Source: Hydrolagus colliei
Lineage: Eukaryota
Length of the DNA: 64,000 nt
Assembly (NCBI GenBank): GCA_035084275.1
Contig: CM068749.1
Span: 13,578,001-13,642,000 of the forward strand
Direction: 5' to 3'
Position 1 is the first letter of the stretch; the number at the start of each line of letters is the position of its first letter. Position numbers and translations under genes: made by a program. The notes under the pieces are model-generated. The model searched no databases. It was not told the DNA's origin and was given only the letters and a program-made list of their open reading frames with translations. This document shows positions 40,467 through 50,148 of this stretch, in pieces.

Positions 40467-41413
40467 GTAGATAGACTTCATTTTATTGCAATTTTTAGGT
40501 TTACACACTTTGATCTTTATATGGTGGACATTAAACTAACCATATGCTAATTTAATATTGATATTTTGTGATACAAAATGTACTAAGATGTGAAGTAATT
40601 TGCTATACACTTTTGTGTGCAACTGATGTGGCTGCACAAAACATTTGTCAGATCCAATGAAGCAGTGGAGTATTAGATACTACATCTTGGTTAGAAATGG
40701 CCCAGAGAACTTTAAAAATAATTATGGAAATGTCCTTGATAGAAATCCATTTATTTTGAAATTCTGTTTTGGTCAATGTAAGGATTTTTTTTGGAAGAGT
40801 AGACAGTCACATTAAATTATATTAAAGTGGAAGTTTGGGATCTTCAATAATACATTGCAGTTCAAATTAAGTTATTCCATCTGGTCAGTCATTAATATCA
40901 ATTCAGCTGGTACATTTTTATTTGAATGGGATAAAATGCTAAGCACCAAATTTCTTTGAGAAATTATTTCCAATTTAGTTTCTCTCCAAAGACAGAAGGG
41001 TCCAGTTGGTATCATTAAAACAACATCAGTTCTCATTTTCGAGAATTTACAATTTCATGAATCGTTGTCAATCATAACCTGTTCCTTGCAGATGATTTAA
41101 TAAAGCTGTGCAAATCATTACCTATTGAATTGCCCTAAGTTACTTTGATCATTTGCAAATGACATACTAGCTAAGTCCAGTTAGTTCCTTTTCTTTCTAG
41201 TAGAGCGGAATTCCTGAAAAGAAATAGCCTGTAAGTAATACTGATTTGATGCATTATTTGGAACACTGTCACTTGGCGTGATCTTCATTAAGTGTAACGT
41301 ATACACATTAATCTGACCTGAAAGTAGAGAGTTGCAATATGTTCTGCACTGAATGGAATCAACCCCTAATTGCTTTATATCTGCAGTGTCCTTATACATA
41401 ATTGCAATCTTCA

Positions 41414-41705
41414 GGCTCGTTCAGTTGGTAGCACTCTCACCTCTGGGCCAGAAGGATGTGGTTTCAAGCTATGATTAGGACTTTGAGTTCGTAGTCTGGG
41501 CTGATATTGTACTCAAAGCAATACTGGCAGTGTGCTGCATTAATGTAAATGCTATCCTATAGATGAAACATCTGCCTTTACATGTGGACGTTAAAGATTC
41601 CATGGCGTTATATGGAAAGAGAAGGGAGTTTCTGGAGATTTCCAAGTCAACACGCTGCCAGATAATATTGGTCATTCACTTCTTATTGGTATATTTACTG
41701 CTACA
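41414..41705 (+). mobile_element. Older tRNA-headed DeuSINE (SacSINE1-like), ending about 50 nt before exon 10
   Basis: Head TCAGTTGGTAGCACTCTCACCTCTG..CAGAAG..GGTTTCAAG and body GTGGACGTTAAAGATTCCATGGC. Confidence 0.75.
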
Positions 41706-41754
41706 TTGTAATATGCAGATAAATATTAACCTACGGTTGTGTATTGCATGCTAG

Positions 41755-41850
41755 GAATGTGCCAAGAGAGCAAACAATGGGAAATTTACTTTGCGAGATC
41801 TTCTGGTTGTACCTATGCAGCGAGTTCTGAAGTATCACCTACTGCTTCAG
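41755..41850 (+). CDS. VAV3: VAV3 exon 10 (96 nt), DH: [32 protein letters not shown]
   Basis: atgctag acceptor, CAG|gtgagt donor; canonical DH conserved motif [12 protein letters not shown]. Confidence 0.97.
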
Positions 41851-41929
41851 GTGAGTTAATACTGTTCAACTTTGACTTGAAAACCTACCTACTGGGGAAG
41901 CAAAATGATAAAGTTAAGTTCTTCATCTC

Positions 41930-42102
41930 TGTCACCCCTCTCTCCCCTCCTTCAAGTCCCATCTGAAGACCTTTGACTTTGATCGTGCCTTCAACCCCCC
42001 CCCTCCCCCCCCCCCACCATTCCCCTTCTGACCCTAGTATCTAGCACCATGGGGCATTTACCCCGAGGTGAGAGGCAGTATACAAGTGTAATTTGTTGTT
42101 GT
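41930..42102 (+). mobile_element. L2 3' fragment occupying most of the 282-nt intron 10
   Basis: TTCAAGTCCCATCTGAAGACC...TTTGATCGTGCCTTC, poly-C, tail GTAATTTGTTGTTG. Confidence 0.72.
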
Positions 42103-42132
42103 ATCAAATTACTCTTTTATCATCAAACACAG

Positions 42133-42201
42133 GAACTAATGAAGCACACCACTGATCAGCACGAGAAGTCTAATTTGCGGTTAGCCCTGGAAGCTATGAA
42201 G
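42133..42201 (+). CDS. VAV3: VAV3 exon 11 (69 nt), DH: ELMKHTTDQHEKSNLRLALEAMK
   Basis: aaacacag acceptor, AAG|gtgaga donor. Confidence 0.95.
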
Positions 42202-42448
42202 GTGAGAATTCAGTCAAACCAGATAGAATTGTAACTAACTCGTAAGTTCTAAAATAACATTTCTGCAACACTAATTTATATAATACATATATTGATAGAT
42301 GTGATTTGTAATCACTTCACGCATAGAATTGAGTTGGAGCAGGAAGCAGAAACAATCATGCAATGTACTCGCAGAAGTGCGTTGGCTGTTGATTTAATGC
42401 CGAGTGCATTTTTGTCAATTTACATGTGTTTGCTTCTTGTCTTTGTAG

Positions 42449-42535
42449 GACTTAGCTCAATATGTTAATGAAGTTAAGAGAGACAACGAGACTCTTCGGG
42501 AGATTAGCCAATTTCAGCATTGTATTGAAAACTTG
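42449..42535 (+). CDS. VAV3: VAV3 exon 12 (87 nt), DH end: [29 protein letters not shown]
   Basis: tctttgtag acceptor, TTG|gtacgt donor; VNEVKRDNE motif. Confidence 0.96.
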
Positions 42536-42649
42536 GTACGTTGGTGAATACGTAGTACAACTACAAAATTTCTGGGTGGGGACATATTTCGTAGTAATAA
42601 CTTCACTATGTTATGCTTGTAATAATTGCAAATACTGTCATTCATTTAG

Positions 42650-42735
42650 AATCAGTCTCTTTCAATCTACGGAAGACCAAAAGTGGATGGTGAGATACGG
42701 GTCACTACATTAGACAAACGAACACGCCAGGAAAG
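42650..42735 (+). CDS. VAV3: VAV3 exon 13 (86 nt), PH start: NQSLSIYGRPKVDGEIRVTTLDKRTRQE(R)
   Basis: ttcatttag acceptor, AG|gtgaga donor. Confidence 0.95.
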
Positions 42736-42747
42736 GTGAGAAATAGC

Positions 42748-42885
42748 CAAAAGGCAAAATACCTCAGATGCCGGTAAACTGAAATAAACATAGAATTTGC
42801 TGGGAACACTCAGCAGATCAGGCAGATTCTATGGAGGGAGAGAGGAAAGTGAGTTAATCTTTCAGGTCGATGAGGGTTCTTGACA
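42748..42885 (-). mobile_element. Penelope-like element terminal remnant (tentative)
   Basis: AAAATACCTCAGATGCCGG..CTGAAATAAACATAGAA..TGCTGGGAACACTCAGCAGATCAGGCAG..GAGTTAATCTTTCAGGTCGATGA matches an abundant chondrichthyan repeat as recalled. Confidence 0.55.
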
Positions 42886-43333
42886 GCAATAGTACAGATC
42901 TGAAAATCCCTTTATTGAAATGTTTTAAAGCTACATTGTCCTACTTTTGTTGCTTGAGAGACTGATATAGCAAACAGTAGACAGTGGCTCCGACAATGGC
43001 TCTAACAATGGCTCGCTAGCATCATTGCTGCCTCACAGTGGTTTGCGGTTTAGTACATTTTAGACGTTCTCAAGTAGTAGACCTGAAATTGTGAAATGCG
43101 TTTGTGTTCGAGTGCTAAATAGAAAAAAAAAGGCACATAGTTTCCAAAGTAGGGCATAAACACAGAGACGGAAAGTTAGGTTTTGCACAAAACAGACGCT
43201 AGCAATGAATGGCACTGCACGGGTACACACCTTTGAAAACTTGCAAGTTTCCAACAAGATTTTGTAACAATGAAGAACAACTTGAGCTTCTGCAACTATA
43301 GCTCCTAAATCACATTTTCCGTTTTTAATGCAG

Positions 43334-43466
43334 GCACATATTTCTGTTTGACAAAGCTGTGATTGTTTGCAAAAGAAGAGGTGACAATTATGAAATGAAG
43401 GAAATCATTGATCTGAATAATTATAAAATCACCGATAACCCAACAACTGATAAAGAAAATAAGAAG
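43334..43466 (+). CDS. VAV3: VAV3 exon 14 (133 nt), PH: [44 protein letters not shown]
   Basis: tttttaatgcag acceptor, AAG|gtcagt donor. Confidence 0.96.
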
Positions 43467-43683
43467 GTCAGTAGAGAAAATTATTTCAGATGGTAAATGA
43501 ATGCATGCACAACGCACAATATTCACCGCTGGGGAGTAATTAGAAACATGAATAAGGGATTGTAGTGGCATTCATCTTGCTGTATTCCAGTGGTTTTTGA
43601 GATACCAATTGGATGACAAAATAATGTTATCAGAAGCAAATTCCTTCCTGTAGTAGCTAACTGTGTTCATTGAATCTTTATAG

Positions 43684-43793
43684 TGGTCACATGGATTCTA
43701 CCTCACTCACCTCCATGGCCAGAATGGGTTTGAATTCTTTTGTAAAACAAAAGACTTGAAGAAGAAGTGGCTTGAGCAATTTGAGATGGCCCT
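43684..43793 (+). CDS. VAV3: VAV3 exon 15 (110 nt), PH: [36 protein letters not shown](L)
   Basis: ctttatag acceptor, CT|gtaagt donor; PH terminal helix KKKWLEQF. Confidence 0.96.
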
Positions 43794-43949
43794 GTAAGTA
43801 CAAACTGTATTATAGCTCCTTTGCGTGTGTAAGATTCTATTCTGCTGCATGCAATATATTTTAATGTCTGTAGCACTCACTATCCATGTATCTGTTTAAA
43901 ATAATAATATATTTGTGGACATAAAATAATTTTTGTAAGTTATAAATGC

Positions 43950-44230
43950 AATAATAATAATCCTTGCATTTCATATAGTGTTTCTCACGTCTTTCTAGAC
44001 GTCTCAAAGTGCTTCACAGAATATACTATAAAGTGAATTGACGATATATATGTGAGTGAAATGCGGCAGCCAATTGCACACAGCAGTGTCCCACAAACAG
44101 TTGTGAATTGAAATGACCAATTCATTGTTTTTTTGAGGGAATATTATTAGGCGTATAGAGTAAGGAAACTTACCCAAGGTTTTGCCCTGCCTGGAATCGA
44201 ACCCAGGTCTCTCACTGAACTACAGGACTC
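43950..44230 (-). mobile_element. tRNA-derived SINE with a small deletion in the head
   Basis: Colinear with 6361-6661; B box GGAATCGAACC retained, anticodon/D-arm region missing. Confidence 0.88.
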
Positions 44231-44813
44231 CTATCAGTAAAGTCTTTTTAACATGAATTAACGGATGCCGCTGGTTTCTTTTGATTGAAAAGCTTGTGAA
44301 TTAATGACTTGAGCTCATATCTAATGTTGGTACCTTGATGCAGTAATTGAGAGTTCAGTTTACTGTTCGAGTCATTGCCCTTTGGACAAGGCATCATATG
44401 AGGTGCTATATGCTGGTCCTTGACGAGGAACTTCCTGCAGCACTAATAAATAAGCAATTAGTGATCCAATCAATAGGCATTATGATTAAATAGATTTTCT
44501 GCCAAAAAGTAGTAATTCCTATAGAATCCTAGGATAAATGATCTGCACTATCTAATTGTGCTTTACAGTTTGATGTGATCAAATAATAATGTTTGCGATT
44601 CTCCTGCTGTTGTCTAGGATGATAAATCAAATGCCTGAGGAATTCTGCTTGTTCTATGTTTTCAGAAATTCATAGCATTCTCAGATAGCATCTCAACATT
44701 GACTGTGTGGTCTGATTTTAAAACCTGGAGATGGAACTACTTTGAATGATGTTTTTGTGTTCCATACCGTGCTTTGATCTCTTAAATCAATGACCTATCT
44801 GCTTTTTCCGTAG

Positions 44814-44915
44814 GTCGAACATTAGGCCTGACAATGCGAATAGCAATTACCACGATTTCAAGATCCACACCTTTGAACGTATCACATCTTGCAAGGTCTG
44901 CTGCATGCTGCTGAG
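44814..44915 (+). CDS. VAV3: VAV3 exon 16 (102 nt), C1 zinc finger, first half: SNIRPDNANSNYHDFKIHTFERITSCKVCCMLL(R)
   Basis: gctttttccgtag acceptor, AG|gtgagg donor; H...CxxC ligands. Confidence 0.95.
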
Positions 44916-46339
44916 GTGAGGCTCTCTGACCTGCAGACATGGAGATGGTGGCATAACACACTTCAAAACTAAATCGCAGATAACAACATTTCATCTCAAG
45001 ATTTTTGCAAAATCTACCCCAATGACACAGCAGAGTAGCGGCTGTTCTAACAAGATAGTTGAGGGTTCCAACCAACCATGTAAACGGGGCGCAAGCTCTC
45101 ATCAGCTCTTCCACAGTGTGTCATCACTGACCCTGTGACTGGCCTCGTCACCGTGTATGTGGACAGAACGCCGGTCGGCCGCCCCCACCAACCCACAAGC
45201 AGGAAGTGGTGTCAGTGGTGACCCGATGATCCGGAAATCAGCCGTGTATTTTAGCACGTGGGAAGCAGGGCATCCATCTTGTAAGCGAACCCACTTTATA
45301 GAAACCTCCCCGTGTCACTTTATACAATAATCTGAGTTTAACTGTCCCAAGTTGTTGGACATGCACCACTGAATGCACATAGTAAACTGATGACACCTAC
45401 TGGCAACATGCAGTTATCTTTAACTTTCCATTCTTTTCTATTTTGTAATAGAAATATATGTAGATAATTGTTAATTCTGCTTCTAAGTAAAATGTCTCGA
45501 GTCTAGCTTTCTTTACCTCACCTCTATGATGAAGGTATTTTTGCACAGCATTCCACATGTCAGTAAAGCGTTTTGTCTACCCAATTTGAGGGTTTTTTTC
45601 AATCCACGCAACTGATACTGAAACCAAAAGAGAGAAGTGGGCCCGAGACAGGAGGTTTCTGAAGGAAATGACTACTTTTCAGATGAAATTTCTTCAATAG
45701 TAGTGAGAAACACATCAGGGTTACATGGTAAATGGTTAATTTGCTGGTATCAGGGGTTGTTTTAAGTGCTAGCTTGGTTCAGTTGGTAACATCTATTTTT
45801 TAGTGCCTTTCACATTGAGAGGGTGTATAAAGCACATAACTGACTGGCTGCATGAGCTTGAAATGCCAGGAAGTGGGGGGAGGGGTGCGGGGGTTGATGG
45901 CAGGTGGGAAGGTAAAGCTTTAAAAGTGGGGAGGGAGGGAGAGTGACCCCTGGGTAGAATTCCATAAAGTGGGAACAGAATGGATGAACACTTCCCTCCT
46001 AACGCTCGTACACCATATGGCAGTCTATTTGTAGAGGGAGTTTATTGCTTTTAATTTGTTCAATAGCAAATCCCACCCAAATCCATGTTGTTTCATTGCC
46101 AGCTTGCTTTCTACATGAAGTTATCACTTTTAACCTTTAAAATATTTTTTGGGAGGCAGTAATCACATATGGACAGATCCTCCTTTATTGGTGATGGAAC
46201 GTATCGTATGTTGTAATCTTCAATCTTGTTTGTAAGGTAAACCATTAAATGCAAACACAAAGTTATAGATTCTAATTTATCACCACAGTACATATTGAAG
46301 AACATCATCTCCTTAATAATAGCAAACGTATCTGAAGGT

Positions 46340-46984
46340 TAATAATAATAATATAATAATCCTTGCATTTGATATAGCGCTTTTCACATCTTATCGATGT
46401 CCCAAAGCGCTTCACAGAATATACTGTAAAGTGAATTGATGGTTTATTTGTGGGTGAATCGCGGCAGCCAATTAATTGTGTATATCAAAGTGACAATGAC
46501 TTCTTTCTATTATTAAATCGGTGACATTTTTTTAAATGAGCAACTCCATGCTCAAAAAAGGAAAATGCTAGTTAGGGTTGGCAGAATGTGTTTACTTATT
46601 TTTTTCCCAATAAAACTTACATCATAATGTAACAGTCATAATGGTTATCCTTGCATTTGATACAGCTACCATCTTATCCTGTCATCAAAATGCCAATACT
46701 TAAAGGATTTACTGTAAAGTGTCGTGAATATATTGTGTAGACAAACTTGGCAACCAATTTACGCACAACAATGTCCCCCACAAAAAAAACAGGAAGTGAA
46801 TGACTAATTTAATCTGGGTTATTATTGGCCATGAGGAACTCCTATCTGTTTTCAAGCAGTGCTATTGGATCTTTAATGCATACCTGAATAGGCACACCAC
46901 AGTTTTATCTGGAGGACGGTTGTCCTGACAATGTAGGGATGTCCTCCCAATGTGAAAGGAGCTATACAAATGTAATTTTGCTGT
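46340..46984 (-). mobile_element. Cluster: young SINE 3' half (46340-46473), older DeuSINE (46640-46930), + strand L2 tail (46936-46984)
   Basis: Tail and body motifs shared with other copies in the window. Confidence 0.75.
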
Positions 46985-47219
46985 TCAATGCAGTGTTCCA
47001 AGCACTGCATTGAATTGCCAACCAAGAGACTATGAGATCAAGATAATGTAGTATGAACCAATGTATTATAGAAAGAATGAGTAATTATTGTTTGTAAACA
47101 CTTCTTGCACAACAGGGAATGCGTTGAGTTGCAATATTCTACATTGTATAATTCCATAAAGTTGAAATACAAAGTATTGTTTTGGACACTTTAATCATGG
47201 AATTCCATTTTCTTCTCAG

Positions 47220-47317
47220 GGGAGTGTTTTTTCAAGGTTATTTGTGTTCCAAATGTGGTGCAGGAACACACAAGGAATGCTTGGGCAGACTTGGGAGCTG
47301 TGGGAAGTCAACTGCAG
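47220..47317 (+). CDS. VAV3: VAV3 exon 17 (98 nt), C1 zinc finger, second half: [32 protein letters not shown]
   Basis: ttcttctcag acceptor, G|gtaatc donor; QGYxCxxC...HxxC motif; overlaps ORF 47182..47379. Confidence 0.95.
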
Positions 47318-47629
47318 GTAATCTATATGTTTGTTGTTGCGTGTCTCAGAACCTAGTTGTACAAAATACTACACATTGATCTGCACCAGATGGGGATTAT
47401 GCCACATTCAAGGCTCCAAATACTCATAATACCTCTGTTATGTGCTGGCTAGACAATTAAGTAATATTTTAGTGATGAATATTAATGTCAAATATCAGGT
47501 TCTCTCCTTTAGTTTCTGTTGTAATAATGTCTCAACTACTTGATTTTGTGACTTATTTTCATAGTAATTAGAAAAATCTAGTCAGCAACCATACTTAGTT
47601 CTTGTTTGATGCTCAACTGTATTTTCTTA

Positions 47630-48301
47630 CCCCACACCGCTTTCCCTCACCTCCGCAACATTGCCTTACTCTGCCACTACCTCACCCCACAGGCCACTGA
47701 AACTCTCATTCTTGCCTTCATTAAGTCCAGGCTCGACTATGCCAACACCCTGCTTGCCGGCCTCCCCAATTCCTTCCTCCATAGGCTACAGATAATTCAG
47801 AACTCTGCGGCTTGTGTCCTCTACCGCTCAAAGCTTTGAGACCCCCATCTCCCCCATCCTCGCCTGACTCCATTGGCTCCCCATCACTCAGAAGATTCAA
47901 TTCAAGATGCTGGTCCTCACCTTCGAAGCCCTCCATGGCCTTGCCCCACCCTACCTCTGACCTCTTAAGCCCCTAGCAACCTGTCCGCTTCCTCTGCTCA
48001 GTGGGCTCCGGCCTGCTCCATCTCTCCCAACCCACCTACCTCACCATCGGCAGGTGAGCCTTGTACCACTCTGTCCTCAACCTTTGGAATTCCATCCTGC
48101 AATCCCTCCACCTCGCCCCCTCCCCAGCCTCCTTCAAGTCCGCCTCAAGAGCCTCCTCTTTGACTGTGCCATTGGTCACCCTCCCTTCCCTCCACCCTCC
48201 CTGATCCCAACCCCAGTTTAGGTCTGAAACACTGTCCCTCCAGCGCCTTGGGATGTCTTCCTGATGTGAAAGGCACTATACTGATGTCATTTTGTTGTTG
48301 T
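47630..48301 (+). mobile_element. L2-clade LINE 3' end, frameshifted
   Basis: HLRNIA..YLTPQATETLILAFIKSRLDYANTLLAGLPNSFLHRLQIIQNSAA; ends in a stem-loop and (GTT)n. Confidence 0.93.
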
Positions 48302-48870
48302 ATGTGTTCCTGGAGGATTTAGTAAAAAAACGATTTGGAAAATGGCAAAAGGCTGAAAGAGAAATAGTTTGTGAATAGTGTGCTTGGTGTAGTGATGGGA
48401 TTTTCCAGGCATAAAATTATACATTACAAAGCAAAATAATGGCCAGGTGTTCTTATAGGCTCAGCACATTCAGAGTAAAGCTTTATTGAATCTTTTAGCT
48501 CCATTTCTTTACATTCGGTATTCATCAAAAACAGGGAAAAATGTTGCCTGAATAAAATGAAAAGTGAAAGGTTACCACTCTCACTTTTAATGATATTCCC
48601 CAAAGAGTTGCAGTGTTATTCTGTCTTGCTTTCTTTCAAAAGCAGAAAGGTATTGCATAAATGAGAGAAGCAAAGACTGTGAATGAATATCTGCACTGAA
48701 AAGAAGCAATCAGCCATGCGCATGTGATCCACTACCCAAACTTAGCCCTGCCCTCAGAAAGCAAAACAGTACTCTCTGCAGGTAGAAACAACGCAGCAGT
48801 TCTGCAGGTAACTGGGAGTGCAATGCAGGAAATAGTCTGCTCTTGCTGAGAAAAGTTTAGATCTTCCCTA

Positions 48871-48918
48871 ATGCCAATGTTCAAATTTGTTTTAGATTCT
48901 GCAACACATAAACATGGG
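48871..48918 (+). CDS. VAV3: Putative alternative first coding exon of a short VAV3.1-like (SH3-SH2-SH3-only) isoform: MPMFKFVLDSATHKHG
   Basis: In-frame ATG 8 codons upstream of the micro-exon acceptor; resembles the human short-isoform N-terminus MPIFTFLS (recalled, not aligned). Confidence 0.65.
48896..48918 (+). CDS. VAV3: VAV3 micro-exon 18 (23 nt): (D)SATHKHG
   Basis: tttgttttag acceptor, GGG|gtgagt consensus donor; converts phase 1 (end of exon 17) to phase 0 (start of exon 19), so an exon of this phase is required here. Confidence 0.88.
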
Positions 48919-49092
48919 GTGAGTAGTGGTGCTGTTTCTTCTGTTCTTGCTTTTGCAACTTTCTGTGCCAGCTATTGTGTTGTGTGTGTGCTAGCATTCT
49001 GCAGTAAAATGATTCTCTGCTCCGCAGTAGTGCTGAATTGTTGCTACGATGCATGCATTGCCTTATTGTGCTTTTGAGATTATGCGTGCATT

Positions 49093-49550
49093 CATAATCA
49101 TAGAATCATAGAATCATAGAATTTTACGGCACAAAAGGAGGCCATTCGGCCCATCTAGTCTGTGCCGGCTCTTTGAAAAGAGCGATTCAATCCCACTGCC
49201 CTGCCCGCTCCCCATAGCCTAATAGACCCGTTCTCCCTAAACAAAGATCTAATTCCCTTTTAAAAGTTGTTATCGAATCAGCCTCCACCACCTTTTCAGG
49301 CAATGCATTCCAGATTCGAACAACTCGCTGAGTGAAAAAATTTCTCCTCAGCTCCCCTCTACTGCGCCTTGAAACTATTTTAAATCTGTGACCACGAGTC
49401 ACAGATTCACCCACGAGTGGAAATAGTTTTTCTCTATTTGCCCTGTCGAAACCCCTCATGATCTTATAAACCTCTATTAGGTCTCCCCTCAATCTTCTCT
49501 GCTCCAGAGAGAATAACCCTAGCCTATCTAGCCTCTCCTCATAGCTGAAG
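49093..49550 (-). mobile_element. CR1 LINE 3' end with intact ORF2 C-terminus and (ATTCTATG)n tail
   Basis: ORF 49187..49492 RGDLIEVYKIMRG...TRGH.FK...FFTQRVVRIWNALP is the CR1 signature; octamer repeats CATAGAAT on +. Confidence 0.95.
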
Positions 49551-50102
49551 GAGAGGCTTCTTTAATTGTAGTATGGTAGACAATTAAATTGGAGGAAATA
49601 TTTTAGGATTTAAAAGACATTGGACCTGAATCTTTGCAAAACAAACACTTTTGTGCAGTGAAATAATTATGCTTCGAGTCTTATTTTAAACATCTTCAAC
49701 ATTGTGCTTATTTTCCTTTTAAAGCGACGATACTGTGATTGACTGACTAACTTGTTTTGTAACTTCATTTACATCCTTTAATGCTACCACCAAATGAAGC
49801 ATTTAAAGACCCAGCAGAACCAGTTTTACTCAATTCTCTCTTGTAAAATATTGAGATTTTATGAAAGTAGCTTTGTTAGGAAGCTGGACTGGAAACTCAA
49901 TTTGTATTTTAAGAGTAATGTGGAATTCTGTATAAAATAAATTTATCTTGTTCTGCATACAATATAACTGAAATGAGTATGCTAAAGGCCATTTGTCGGC
50001 ATATCATGTAAATGTTCTTAATGTGAAGAATTTAGTAATATTCATAGGAATGTTTTGTAAAATGTACGATTGAGAATATATGCCTTTTTTTTCTTACTAC
50101 AG

Positions 50103-50148
50103 CATAGGATTAATGGACACAAGAGGCACAACAGGCATCTAGATCCAG
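50103..50148 (+). CDS. VAV3: VAV3 exon 19 (46 nt), C1-SH3 linker: HRINGHKRHNRHLDP(G)
   Basis: ttttttttcttactacag acceptor, CAG|gtagat donor; same length and R-x-NG...DPG pattern as recalled human KRTNGLRRTPKQVDPG. Confidence 0.9.

Noticed and set aside
46984-47014. 12-bp inverted repeat TTCAATGCAGTG/CACTGCATTGAA
   Set aside because: Corresponds to the internal hairpin of the older DeuSINE body, so not an independent element
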